A DNA stretch of 64,000 bases from a virus (IMGVR_UViG_3300046660_000385:1-64000), one strand, 5' to 3'. Positions 25,557 through 34,379 are shown, counted from the first letter of the stretch. Numbers and translations: made by a program. The notes: generated from the sequence alone by a model not told the origin.

Positions 25557-28258
25557 TGGCCGCGCACCGCTACTGGCGGCTGTACATCACGGCCGTCACC
25601 GGCTACCCGCACCTCGACCTGACCGAACTGATTTTGCGGACCACCGCAGGCGGCGCGCAGGCGGCCACCGGCGGGGTGCCGCTCTACTCGAACCAGTCGT
25701 CCAGCTTCGAGGCCACCAAGGCGTTCGACGGTCTCGACAACACAAGCTGGTACGTCAACCAGTCGAGCTTCCCGGTGCCGCAGTGGCTGGGCTACGACTT
25801 CGGCAGCAACGCGAGCATCGTCCAGTACGCGCTCAAGTGCTGGAACGTCAACGAGACCCCGCAGGACTTCCAGTTCCAGTGGTCGGACGATGGCGTCAAC
25901 TGGACGACCGCCGATACCCGCTCCGACCAGATCAGCTGGACCGTGAACGAGGTGCGTTCGTTCGATGTCCCGCCGGAAGCAGGAACCCTGACCACCCGCC
26001 AGGCGCAGAGTGCATCGGCCAGCGCGAGCGTCAGCGGCGCCGTCGCGCCGCCCGACCCGCTGGGGCTGGACGTGATCTACCTCGGCCAGATTTTCAACGA
26101 CCTCGACCCGTCGTCCAGCATCGTCCTCAACACCACGCTCGACGTGGTCTACCTGGCCGAGCCGATTGGACCGCGCGGCACCGGGCCGATCACCACCGAC
26201 AGCACCGGCACCAGCCGGCAGGGGCAGACCGCCAGCAGCAGCGCCGCCGTCGGCGTCGATCTGGTCGTCGCCACCTCGCAGGGCCAGACCGCGAGCGGCA
26301 GCGGCACCGTGCTCACGCCCGGCGACACGGCCGCGACCACCGGCCAGGCCCAGAGCGCGCAAGCGAGCGGCACCACCAGCAGCAGCGCAAGCAGCGCCAC
26401 CAGCCAGGCCCAGGGCGCCAGCCTCGCGGCCGGCGTGCGCTCGATCGCCACCGCCAGCACCAGCCAGGGCCAGACCAGCAACGCGCAGGCCGGGGCGTTC
26501 ACGCCGTGGCAGCTCGTCAGCAGCGCGCACATCGACAGCCGCGACGGCAGCGACTCGTTCCCGCCGTTCAATCTGGCCGCCGGCAACCACGTCGTCGTCA
26601 GCGTATGGCTCACCGGCTACACCAACCCGGTCGACGGCAGCCCCGACACCAGCACCTCGCGCGCCTGGACCCTGTCGGTGTCGGACACGGCGGGCAACAG
26701 CTATGTGGGCCTGACGCCGGTACGCGACCAGGTCGTCATCGGCTATCCGCAGTTCCCGGTCAAGTGGCAGTACCAGTTCTATTGCGTCAACGCGCTCGGC
26801 AACGCCAGCAACGTGCTGACGGTGGCGCCGGTCTCGCCGCCGCCCAACCCGTACGATGCCAGCCATCCGACGATGTTCAGCACCGTGACGGTCCTGAACA
26901 GCGGCGGCCCGGCGGCCGAGTTCGGTTCGACGGCCTCGGCGGCCTCGACCAACAACGGCGCGGGCAGCCTGTCGCTGCCGGCAATGACGGTGCAGCCCGG
27001 CGCTTCGGTGTTGCTGGACTCGGCCAGCAACGGCAGCACCACCGAAAGCGCGCCCGGCTGGACCCTGACCGACCAGTTCTTCACCTCGGTGTACGCCTAC
27101 TGGCGCGCGAACAACAGCGCCGCCACCCAGAACACCACCGTCACCGGCGACGGCGGCATCCGCCTGCTGTCGGCCATCGCGCTGCGCAATGCGCAGGGCA
27201 TCGCCAGCACCACCCGGCAGGGCCAGACCAGCAGCGCCTCGGTCGAGATCAGCCTGGACTTCGTCACCAGCTCGGCCTCGACCAGTCAGGCGCAGAGCGG
27301 TTCCGCCGTCGCCGCGACCGCTGCCGACACGACCACCGGCACGGCGCAGGCACAGCGCACGGCAGCCAGTGCGAGCGCCACCCTGCTGGTGTCAAGCAGC
27401 ACCAGCCAGGCCCAGGCCAGCAGCGCCACCGGCGACGTGTTCCAGCCCGGGGCGTCCGGCAGCGCGCAGGCGCAGACCACCGCAGCACAGGCGATTGTTG
27501 CCAGCACGGCCAGCAGCACCAGCAGCCAGGCGCAGCACCAGTCCGGCGTGGCCGAAGTCACGCTCGATGCTAACGGGGCAGGGCAGCAGGCCCAGCATGC
27601 GGCCGGCCACCTCGCAGGGGAGATCGGCAGCAGCGCCACGACCGCGAGCGCCCAGCGCGCCGCCGGCCAGCTGGCGAACGCGTTCATCGCCGACGCCGCC
27701 ACCGCGCAGGCCCAGCAGGTTGACGCCCAGGCCGGTGTGGCCAGCCCGGCAGTGGGCGCGACCAGCCAAGGCCAGCGCGCCGCCGCGGAGTCCGCCGTCG
27801 GCACCGACACCAGCGCGACCACCGAGCAGCGCCAGCGCGTGCGCGCCGCGATGCGCGGCGAAGCCGTCAACACGGTCGAGAGCGGGCAGGTGCAGCGCGC
27901 CAGCGGCGGGCTTGCCCTGTCGTCGGATGCGCCAGCGGCGACCCGTCAGGGCCAGTCCAGCAGCACTCAGGTGGGCGTGGCGGCGGACACGCAGATCGAA
28001 GCAGGACAGGCCCAGCACATCGGCGACGGCAACGTCCTGGTCGTGGCGACCGATGCCGTCGTGACCACGGCGCAGGCCGCGCAGCACGCGGCAGGGGTGC
28101 TGGAACAGTACCAGCCCCGGCCCGGCATGCTGTCGCTGGACACGAAGCGCCTGCACCCGGCACTGGCCGGCACGCCGCACCCCTGGACCTCGCTGGACGG
28201 GGCGAACCGCGTGCGCCCGGCCTTGAGCGGGCGCGTAGACTTGAGGCCTGAACGATGA
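25556..28258 (+). CDS. Virion fibre protein: discoidin (F5/8 type C)-like domain plus 20-aa QxQ repeats
   Basis: HRYWRL...KAFDG...W...QWLGYDFG...P.DF.FQWSDDG.NWT; about 20 TxQ(A/G)Q repeats. Confidence 0.78.
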   Translation: MAAHRYWRLYITAVTGYPHLDLTELILRTTAGGAQAATGGVPLYSNQSSSFEATKAFDGLDNTSWYVNQSSFPVPQWLGYDFGSNASIVQYALKCWNVNETPQDFQFQWSDDGVNWTTADTRSDQISWTVNEVRSFDVPPEAGTLTTRQAQSASASASVSGAVAPPDPLGLDVIYLGQIFNDLDPSSSIVLNTTLDVVYLAEPIGPRGTGPITTDSTGTSRQGQTASSSAAVGVDLVVATSQGQTASGSGTVLTPGDTAATTGQAQSAQASGTTSSSASSATSQAQGASLAAGVRSIATASTSQGQTSNAQAGAFTPWQLVSSAHIDSRDGSDSFPPFNLAAGNHVVVSVWLTGYTNPVDGSPDTSTSRAWTLSVSDTAGNSYVGLTPVRDQVVIGYPQFPVKWQYQFYCVNALGNASNVLTVAPVSPPPNPYDASHPTMFSTVTVLNSGGPAAEFGSTASAASTNNGAGSLSLPAMTVQPGASVLLDSASNGSTTESAPGWTLTDQFFTSVYAYWRANNSAATQNTTVTGDGGIRLLSAIALRNAQGIASTTRQGQTSSASVEISLDFVTSSASTSQAQSGSAVAATAADTTTGTAQAQRTAASASATLLVSSSTSQAQASSATGDVFQPGASGSAQAQTTAAQAIVASTASSTSSQAQHQSGVAEVTLDANGAGQQAQHAAGHLAGEIGSSATTASAQRAAGQLANAFIADAATAQAQQVDAQAGVASPAVGATSQGQRAAAESAVGTDTSATTEQRQRVRAAMRGEAVNTVESGQVQRASGGLALSSDAPAATRQGQSSSTQVGVAADTQIEAGQAQHIGDGNVLVVATDAVVTTAQAAQHAAGVLEQYQPRPGMLSLDTKRLHPALAGTPHPWTSLDGANRVRPALSGRVDLRPER

Positions 28259-28578
28259 GCACTATCCATATCCTTTATCTCGGCAACAACAGCATCGTGG
28301 ACGTGACAGGTCTGCGCGACGAAGCAACCGGCGCCTATGTGACCGACGCCAACGTGGTCATGACGCTGCTGACCCAGACCGGGGCAGAGGTGGGCGGCGT
28401 GCAGTGGCCGATCCAGCTGGTGTACGTCCCCGAGACCAGCGGCACCTACCGCGCCACGCTGCCGTACACGCTGGACTTGACCGAGGGCGGGCGCTACGTG
28501 GCCCGGATCATCGCCAACGCCGGGGCCGGACTGCGCGCCGAGTGGGACATGCCCTGCGTCGGCAGGCTGCGCACGTAA
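28255..28578 (+). CDS. Small Ig-like virion protein
   Basis: Beta-rich, GTYRATL...GRY; ends fibre module. Confidence 0.65.
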   Translation: MSTIHILYLGNNSIVDVTGLRDEATGAYVTDANVVMTLLTQTGAEVGGVQWPIQLVYVPETSGTYRATLPYTLDLTEGGRYVARIIANAGAGLRAEWDMPCVGRLRT

Positions 28579-28600
28579 AAAAGCCGCCCGAGGGCGGCTT
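28577..28600 (-). terminator. Terminator at convergence of fibre module and accessory operon
   Basis: AAGCCGCCC-GA-GGGCGGCTT with A6 on plus strand. Confidence 0.75.
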
Positions 28601-28618
28601 CACAGGGGCAGGGCCGGT

Positions 28619-28936
28619 TCAGGCGGGGCCGTTCTGATCGCGCCAGATTTGGACCGCATGCTCGGCTGATTCGGCTTCACCGTTGTCGATCACCATGCTG
28701 TCGCCGGTGCCGCTGCCCTTCTGGTTGACGTAGGCGTAGCCGAAGGTCGGCGAGTACAGCACGTCCAGCCCGTCGATCTGGTGCAGTTCCAGCACGGCCT
28801 CGTCGCCCTGCTCGGCGATCACGGCGGCGGCGTCGTCGCGGCGCTCAATGGCGTGCTGGCGCATGTCGGTGTAGGGGATGGCGTCCTCGACCTGCTGCGT
28901 GCTGGTCGAACCCTTGATGGTCAGAATTGAAGTCAT
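28619..28936 (-). CDS. Acidic hypothetical protein
   Basis: RBS AGGAG; 105 aa. Confidence 0.7.
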   Translation of the reverse strand: MTSILTIKGSTSTQQVEDAIPYTDMRQHAIERRDDAAAVIAEQGDEAVLELHQIDGLDVLYSPTFGYAYVNQKGSGTGDSMVIDNGEAESAEHAVQIWRDQNGPA

Positions 28937-28948
28937 GTTGATCTCCTG

Positions 28949-29164
28949 TTAGCGTGGTGAATAGCCCTGCTTGGCCAGGGCACCCTGCACGGCCTCGATC
29001 CCGCGAATCATGCGGTAGGCCAGGGCGGTGCGCTGGTCGTGCGGCAGGTGCGCTTCGGTCTTGTCGAAGAAGTCATGGAACGTCGAGCGCTTGCAGAACT
29101 GCGCCAGCTCCCACGCACAGTCATCGTCCATTGTGGCGGTGATGGTGACGGGATCGTGGCTCAT
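28949..29164 (-). CDS. Small conserved mobile-element protein
   Basis: AWELAQFCKR...AYRM..GIE.VQ.ALA..GYSPR. Confidence 0.7.
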   Translation of the reverse strand: MSHDPVTITATMDDDCAWELAQFCKRSTFHDFFDKTEAHLPHDQRTALAYRMIRGIEAVQGALAKQGYSPR

Positions 29165-29511
29165 GACGGCTCCTTCTGGACGGTGTAGACGTCGCACCAG
29201 AGCAGCATGCTTTTCGCGTAGGCCCACGGCCAGCGCAGATACCGCTCCACCGCGATCCGCTCCTTGTGATCCTTCATCGCCGCCCGGTAGGCTTCGACGT
29301 CGTTCTGAAACCATGCGTATTCGCCTTCGAGGTCGAAGCAGGGGTCCCTCTCCCAGCTTGCGATCATCTTGCGGTCCTCCTCCGGGATGCCGGCGGGAAG
29401 GGTGGGGTAGGCCGGGCCGTTGTACTCCGGTTCTTCGGGCTTGAACCAGTCGGGAATCGCCGTCGGCGCATGGGCGGCGAAGTAGTCGAGCCGCGTGATC
29501 GAGTCGTTCAT
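29161..29511 (-). CDS. Hypothetical phage protein
   Basis: RLDYFAAHAP...W.WAYA..ML motif; RBS AAGGAG. Confidence 0.75.
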   Translation of the reverse strand: MNDSITRLDYFAAHAPTAIPDWFKPEEPEYNGPAYPTLPAGIPEEDRKMIASWERDPCFDLEGEYAWFQNDVEAYRAAMKDHKERIAVERYLRWPWAYAKSMLLWCDVYTVQKEPS

Positions 29512-29523
29512 GGCTTGCTCCTT

Positions 29524-29982
29524 TCAGTTGAGGGTGCTGCGCAGGATGGGCTGGCGAGACACCAGCGCCGGGTCGAAACCGTTATCCCAGGGATAGCGGC
29601 TGTTCTCGTCGGTCCAGACCAGCTGGACCGCCGTGTAAGCGGGGTAGCGGTGCTTTGCGGCGAACAGGTACTGGTCGGCGGCGACACGCGGGACCGGCAC
29701 CAGGCGCGCCGGGTAGCCCTGAGCCACGTCGAGCAGATCCACGTCGAGCGGGGGTACGCCCTCGGTCGTGAAGCGGCGGCCCAGCTCGTTCAGGAACTGG
29801 GCCGCAACCTGCGGCGGCAGGCCGAACACGATCACCTCGGGCAGGCCTTTCGCGGCCAGCCCGACGGTGTAGGAAAACGAGGGTGAGGTCGGGCTGCCGA
29901 ACACGCCCTGCACGGCCCAGCCATGCTTGGCGATCATGTCGTCCATGCCGGCCTCGTAGATCTTGAAGTCCTTCTTCTTCAT
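29524..29982 (-). CDS. DUF4262-like protein
   Basis: HGWAVQGV...FSYTVGL...LPEVIVFGL...QLVW.D...YPWD. Confidence 0.82.
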   Translation of the reverse strand: MKKKDFKIYEAGMDDMIAKHGWAVQGVFGSPTSPSFSYTVGLAAKGLPEVIVFGLPPQVAAQFLNELGRRFTTEGVPPLDVDLLDVAQGYPARLVPVPRVAADQYLFAAKHRYPAYTAVQLVWTDENSRYPWDNGFDPALVSRQPILRSTLN

Positions 29983-30167
29983 GATTCCTCCTTGCGGGTT
30001 GGGGTTGTTTCCTGCTCGGCTTTGTACGCCTTGTACAGCGGCGAGCGGTAGATGGTGGACAGTGCGATGCCGACGGCCCTGGCGGCGGCGTAGGCCGTCA
30101 CCTTGCCTCCGCTCTCGCGCATCAAGGCCACGGCCTTGACGACTTCTGCGGACGGACGCCCGCTCAT
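29979..30167 (-). CDS. Small HTH protein, candidate operon autorepressor
   Basis: TAYAAARAVGIALSTIYR helix-turn-helix. Confidence 0.7.
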   Translation of the reverse strand: MSGRPSAEVVKAVALMRESGGKVTAYAAARAVGIALSTIYRSPLYKAYKAEQETTPTRKEES

Positions 30168-30505
30168 GGCTTCATCCCCACGTCGCGCGGGTCGGTCAGG
30201 TCGTACTTGTTCGCCCACATGTCGACGAACTCCTCGGGCGTGCCGCTCATGGCGTAGGTGTCGAACAGCTCCTCCAGCATGGCGCGGTCATCCCAGCACC
30301 AGCGCGCCTTGGCGTAGGCCAGGATCGCAGTCAGCGTCTTGGGGCGCTGCGCGGCGCAGGCAGGGCAGCGGTACATGGTCAGGCCCGGCGTGCACTGCAC
30401 GAGGGTCATGCTGGCCTCGGGCAGCGCGGCCATGCAGTCCATGCACGCCTTGTCGGGGCCGCAGGCGAACGGGCTGATGTTGCTGCCCTTGTAGCGGTCG
30501 GTCAT
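30164..30505 (-). CDS. Hypothetical Zn-binding protein
   Basis: CMDC...CPAC plus acidic C-terminus. Confidence 0.65.
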   Translation of the reverse strand: MTDRYKGSNISPFACGPDKACMDCMAALPEASMTLVQCTPGLTMYRCPACAAQRPKTLTAILAYAKARWCWDDRAMLEELFDTYAMSGTPEEFVDMWANKYDLTDPRDVGMKP

Positions 30506-30519
30506 GGTTGAGACTCCTT

Positions 30520-30834
30520 TCATTTGTGCAGCAGCCCGTTGCGGTCGCCTGGATCAATCGGCGAGACGGGCTGGTAGTGGAAAATCCTGGCCCACGGAAT
30601 GTCGGCCAGCGCCCCGCGCACCATCGGGTAGACGTCGAGGGTGCATGCGGCCAGCAGCAGGACCACAGCGGCCAGCAGCAGCGGCCATGTGCCTTGCTCG
30701 GCCCGCACCACGGTGGCGGTGGGCCGGTCGCGCAGCCACTGGCGCTCGGCAGCGGTCATCACCCACGGATCGCGGGTGACGAACCGCTCGTCAGGTTTCG
30801 TCACGATGTGACGAACTTCGTCAGAGCGGTTCAT
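30520..30834 (-). CDS. Hypothetical membrane protein
   Basis: Hydrophobic WPLLLAAVVLLLAAC segment. Confidence 0.55.
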   Translation of the reverse strand: MNRSDEVRHIVTKPDERFVTRDPWVMTAAERQWLRDRPTATVVRAEQGTWPLLLAAVVLLLAACTLDVYPMVRGALADIPWARIFHYQPVSPIDPGDRNGLLHK

Positions 30835-30837
30835 GGG

Positions 30838-31260
30838 TCAGGTCTCGTCGTCGGTGGCTTGCGTTGCCATGAGAAGGTCGGCGGCGGCGTCCAGGCTGGC
30901 ACGCAGGCGGCGGCTCAGGTTGCGGTCGTCCTTCACACGGAAGAACGACTCCACCGAGTCGATCAGGATGGTCATCGCGTGCGCGCGGTCGGGCAGATCG
31001 CCTTCGTCAATGATGTTCCCGCCCAGCCATTTGCCGAACTCGCTGGACACCTCGTACTCGAACACGCCGGGATAGTCGAGGCGCAGCCGGTCGGCAGCGG
31101 CACGCAGTGTCGTGATGGCCGGGACCCAGTACATGACGTCGTCGACCACTTCGAGCAGGCCACCGTCGCCGATGTAGTGGGACATGACCTCTTTCAGGTC
31201 GGCCTGGTGCAGCCCATCCATCACGAACGCCGCCGTGATTGCGGTTTGGTGCAGGTTCAT
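30838..31260 (-). CDS. Acidic hypothetical protein (cassette gene)
   Basis: ATG 31260 after AAGGAG, directly downstream of repeat R5. Confidence 0.75.
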   Translation of the reverse strand: MNLHQTAITAAFVMDGLHQADLKEVMSHYIGDGGLLEVVDDVMYWVPAITTLRAAADRLRLDYPGVFEYEVSSEFGKWLGGNIIDEGDLPDRAHAMTILIDSVESFFRVKDDRNLSRRLRASLDAAADLLMATQATDDET

Positions 31261-31272
31261 TGCTCTCTCCTT

Positions 31273-31333
31273 GGTTGCCGGGACAATTCCCGCACCAGCC
31301 TCCGCAGTGCAGAGGCTGGCACTGGCGCTGTCA
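31273..31333 (-). repeat. Intergenic stem-loop element R5
   Basis: TGA-cagcg-CCAGT-GCCAGCCTCTGC/GCGGAGGCTGGT-GCGGGAATTGTCCCGGCAACC-RBS. Confidence 0.88.
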
Positions 31334-31579
31334 GTCGGCGCGGGTTTCCTCGAAGTAGGTGGTCGCCGCATCGGCGATCTTGGCGTCGAAGCTGACCCCG
31401 TTGCGGTCGCACCAGTGCATCAGGTCGCACAGCAGGTCGTGCAGGATCGTCTCCGGTTCCTCGTTGGCGGCGACCATGCCGGTAGCGGTGGCGAACGCGC
31501 TGAGCGCAGTGCCTGCGTAACCGGCGCGGTCGTCGTTCTTGCCCTCCGGGTCGGGCGGCAGGTTGTCGAGGTGGCTCAT
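31331..31579 (-). CDS. Small acidic helical protein (cassette gene)
   Basis: NDDRA..A..AL..F...DLLCDLMHWCD. Confidence 0.72.
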   Translation of the reverse strand: MSHLDNLPPDPEGKNDDRAGYAGTALSAFATATGMVAANEEPETILHDLLCDLMHWCDRNGVSFDAKIADAATTYFEETRAD

Positions 31580-31581
31580 GG

Positions 31582-32049
31582 TCAGGCTCCTTTGGTGGTG
31601 GTGGGGGAAGGGCTGTCGGCAGGCGCGGCCACGCTCCAGCCACGCGCGCGCATGATGTTGCCAACGATACGCAGGGTGTAGTGCGGGACGTCGCGGTCGT
31701 CGACCCCGATCACGGCGTTGCACTCCGGGCAGCAGCCAGCCGGGACCAACTCGCCCGGTTCCAGGTATTCGCTGATGCGCTGGATGTGGTGGATACCGTT
31801 GATGGTGTCCAGCGTGCCGGTCCAGTCGCACTCGTCGCAGGCGTAGACGGTGGGCGTGCGCGGCTCCTGCTTCGGCGCGGTGATCGGCAGCGGCGCGGTC
31901 ATGCGCTCGATGTAGCTCGTGACTACCATGTACAGGTTGTTGTAGTCCGTGCCGGTCGGGGCGCTCTCGGGCTGGTTGATCTCCTCGTCGTCGTACTGCT
32001 TTACCAAGCGCAGCAGCTCGGCCAGCGGGTCTTGCGGTGTCGTTGTCAT
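31582..32049 (-). CDS. Zn-ribbon protein (cassette gene)
   Basis: CDECDWTG...PGELVPAGCCPEC. Confidence 0.72.
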   Translation of the reverse strand: MTTTPQDPLAELLRLVKQYDDEEINQPESAPTGTDYNNLYMVVTSYIERMTAPLPITAPKQEPRTPTVYACDECDWTGTLDTINGIHHIQRISEYLEPGELVPAGCCPECNAVIGVDDRDVPHYTLRIVGNIMRARGWSVAAPADSPSPTTTKGA

Positions 32050-32060
32050 GGCATCCTCCT

Positions 32061-32121
32061 GTAGTCGGGACCATTCCCGCCTGAGCGCCCCCTTGCGGAG
32101 ACGCTGAGACTGGCATGGTCA
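32061..32121 (-). repeat. Intergenic stem-loop element R4
   Basis: TGA-ccatg-CCAGT-CTCAGCGTCTCC-GCAA-GGGGGCGCTCAG-GCGGGAATGGTCCCGACTAC-RBS. Confidence 0.88.
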
Positions 32122-32565
32122 GGGTTGCGGCACCGGCAGCACGACCACTTCGGCCCAGTAGCCGGTGGCGCGCGCCTTGGCCTCCTCCTTCATGGCCAGA
32201 TCCGGCCTGCCGCACCATGTCAGCGCCCCCAGGGTGTCGAACACGCCCTTGGCGCGGCGCTCCTCGACCCTGGCCCTGGCCTGCTCGCCCTGTTCATCCG
32301 CGAACTGCTCGCGGGTGAGGCTGGCGGCGTGCTCGTAAAGCGCCAGGGTTTCGGGCGTGATGTCCTTGTAGACGCGGGTTTGCGGGTTGGCCTCGCGCAC
32401 GAAGAACGGGTGATCGTCCCAGGCCCGCTCGCGCGCCATAAGGATCTGCGATTTCAGTTCGGCCTCGTAGTCGCGGCGCACCAGCACGAGGTGGGTGTAG
32501 ATACGTTCGGTCCTGCGGGTGTACTCGACCCCGTTGTGGACCACGCGGTAGGTTTTCATCGGCAT
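32119..32565 (-). CDS. Hypothetical protein (cassette gene)
   Basis: MPMKTY...TRRTERIYTH...WCGRPDLA. Confidence 0.72.
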   Translation of the reverse strand: MPMKTYRVVHNGVEYTRRTERIYTHLVLVRRDYEAELKSQILMARERAWDDHPFFVREANPQTRVYKDITPETLALYEHAASLTREQFADEQGEQARARVEERRAKGVFDTLGALTWCGRPDLAMKEEAKARATGYWAEVVVLPVPQP

Positions 32566-32581
32566 GCTCGGCTCTCCTGCA

Positions 32582-32640
32582 GGTAATCGGGGACGGCCCC
32601 CGCCTGAGCGCCCTGCGTACAAGGCGCTCAGACTGGTTCA
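32582..32640 (-). repeat. Intergenic stem-loop element R3
   Basis: TGA-a-CCAGT-CTGAGCGCCTTG-TACG-CAGGGCGCTCAG-GCGGGGGCCGTCCCCGATTACC-RBS. Confidence 0.88.
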
Positions 32641-33048
32641 GTCGTCGGCACGGTCCTTGTCGTGATCGAGCTGCTCCATGATCTCGTCGGCCTCGTCCGT
32701 GACCACCTGTGCCATGTCCTCGAACGCCTGGACGGCAGCTTCCGGCGATTCGGGTTCGATCAAGTCAAGGGTCCTAGTGGGTGCGGCGCAACTGTCGGGG
32801 ATGCTCATCGTGAGCATGATCGCCCGGACGTTGCCGGTCTCGACGCCCTTCAGCTCATCGCTGTGACGCCACGTTCCGTCGTGCAGCAGGACGGAGACAG
32901 CCGCGCCGCAGCCGTACTTGTCCACGGCGCGCCCGAACTCGGCCACGGTCTCGCACCCGGTGTGGGCAAGGATTGACTTCAAGTTCTCGTAAATCGCGGT
33001 GCCGGTAGCGGCGTCCTCCTCCATCTTGAAATACTCTTTCTCGTTCAT
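32638..33048 (-). CDS. Acidic hypothetical protein (cassette gene)
   Basis: ATG 33048 after AGGAG; D/E-rich. Confidence 0.72.
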   Translation of the reverse strand: MNEKEYFKMEEDAATGTAIYENLKSILAHTGCETVAEFGRAVDKYGCGAAVSVLLHDGTWRHSDELKGVETGNVRAIMLTMSIPDSCAAPTRTLDLIEPESPEAAVQAFEDMAQVVTDEADEIMEQLDHDKDRADD

Positions 33049-33063
33049 GCCGTGCTCCTGTGT

Positions 33064-33122
33064 GGTTGCCGGGAATAGCCCCGCGTCAGCACCCGGTATG
33101 CCCAGGCGCTGACACTGGTTCA
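33064..33122 (-). repeat. Intergenic stem-loop element R2
   Basis: TGA-a-CCAGT-GTCAGCGCCTGG-GCATA-CCGGGTGCTGAC-GCGGGGCTATTCCCGGCAACC-RBS. Confidence 0.88.
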
Positions 33123-34100
33123 GTCGCGGTCCTGTTCGATCTGGTGCTCGACCCATTGCCAGTAGCCCAGGAGCGTGTTGTCCTCGGCCACATCGTGCCG
33201 CCAGTCACGGCGCAGGTACTGCGGATGCTCGCCGTTGTCGCGCTTGGTGGCGTACTTCTGGAACAACTGGTCGGCGGTCAGTTGGTGGTCGGCAATCGCC
33301 AGCTCGGGCGGGTAGGAGTCGGGCAGATCGGCCCTGGACAGGTCGGCCGCGATCTCGAACACGTTGGTGTCGCGCTCGATCACGAAGCCCACGCCGTTGT
33401 GCTCGACCATGCCCTGCTCGCGCATGTACTCGTAGACGCGGGTGGCCAGCTCGTACGATCCCTCATGGCCCAGCCAGCCCTCGACGGCGCGGATCACTTC
33501 CTCGCGCGTGGTGTAGACCGGCTCGTCCGGGTCGATCTCGTACTGGTCCTCGTCGATCAGTTCCTCCAAGTTCAGCACGACAGAGACCTCCGACGGCTCG
33601 AAGGCCAGGGTGATGCAGTTCTCGACGTCGTAGTCGATGGCGGTGATGGTGCCGATGGCGTTCTCGCCGGTATGGCGCTCGCCGTGGTCGGTGTCGGACG
33701 TTTCGCCGTTGATCGACAGCACGCGGGTGCCGACTTGGATGCGCCCGCGGATCTCCTCGTACTTCGGGTGCTCGTTGATGAAGGAGCGGGTGCCCAGCTT
33801 CGCCAGCTTGTCGTAGATGCCGCTGATGAAGTCCACGCAGTCGCCGCCGTTGACAGGCGTATCGTCGTCGCCGAACCCAAGCTGGGTCAGGCCCAGGATG
33901 ACCGCGTCGATGGTGTCGCGGGCGGCGCGAAGCCCCGTGTCATCCTCCGCGATCAGGTGATTGTGGGAGACGGTGACGGTGGCCGGGATCATGCCCGACT
34001 CGGCGGCGTCTCCCGCGCGCAGGACGATCTCGTCGCGCGCTGCAGCCGCCTTTCCGAAGGTCGGCGCGGTGATGAAGGTGGTGAAGCGGTATTCAGTCAT
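33120..34100 (-). CDS. Highly acidic multidomain hypothetical protein (cassette gene)
   Basis: 326 aa, D/E-rich; C-terminal GEHP.Y.R.DW...V....T.LGYW.WV motif. Confidence 0.8.
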   Translation of the reverse strand: MTEYRFTTFITAPTFGKAAAARDEIVLRAGDAAESGMIPATVTVSHNHLIAEDDTGLRAARDTIDAVILGLTQLGFGDDDTPVNGGDCVDFISGIYDKLAKLGTRSFINEHPKYEEIRGRIQVGTRVLSINGETSDTDHGERHTGENAIGTITAIDYDVENCITLAFEPSEVSVVLNLEELIDEDQYEIDPDEPVYTTREEVIRAVEGWLGHEGSYELATRVYEYMREQGMVEHNGVGFVIERDTNVFEIAADLSRADLPDSYPPELAIADHQLTADQLFQKYATKRDNGEHPQYLRRDWRHDVAEDNTLLGYWQWVEHQIEQDRD

Positions 34101-34117
34101 GATCTGCTCCTTTCAGT

Positions 34118-34178
34118 GGTGGCCGGGACGATCCCCGCGTCAGCGCCCCGGACAGAGGCGCTGACACTGGTGCCGTCA
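34118..34178 (-). repeat. Intergenic stem-loop element R1
   Basis: TGA-cggca-CCAGT-GTCAGCGCCTC-TGTCC-GGGGCGCTGAC-GCGGGGATCGTCCCGGCCACC-RBS. Confidence 0.88.
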
Positions 34179-34379
34179 GGCCGGGTTGCCCTTGAGCTTC
34201 ACATGGGCCAGCAGGTAGCCGGTGGGCGAGCCTTCAAGGATCGCCAGGGTGCCAAAGCGCGTCGTGACGCTGCGCTCGAAGATGCCCTCGGTGCGGAACT
34301 TGCCGGTATCGACGACAACCGCCTTGCCGCAGAAGGGGTGGCGGTACTGGTCAGGATAGGTTTCGCGGTGCGATTTCAT
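34176..34379 (-). CDS. Small hypothetical protein
   Basis: RBS GAGGAG; 67 aa. Confidence 0.65.
   Translation of the reverse strand: MKSHRETYPDQYRHPFCGKAVVVDTGKFRTEGIFERSVTTRFGTLAILEGSPTGYLLAHVKLKGNPA

Noticed and set aside
22698-28258. Diversity-generating retroelement or invertible fibre cassette
   Set aside because: No reverse transcriptase, no TR/VR pair and no inverted crossover sites noticed
31273-34178. Repeats as a CRISPR array or type I-E repeat mimics (CCCCGCGTCAGCG resembles half of an I-E repeat)
   Set aside because: Intervals are whole genes of 0.4-1 kb, copies are not identical, the I-E hairpin is not completed, and no cas genes are present
31273-34178. Repeats as classical integron attC sites or simple terminators
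   Set aside because: No RYYYAAC/GTTRRRY core pair and no integron integrase in the window; no U-tract after the stems
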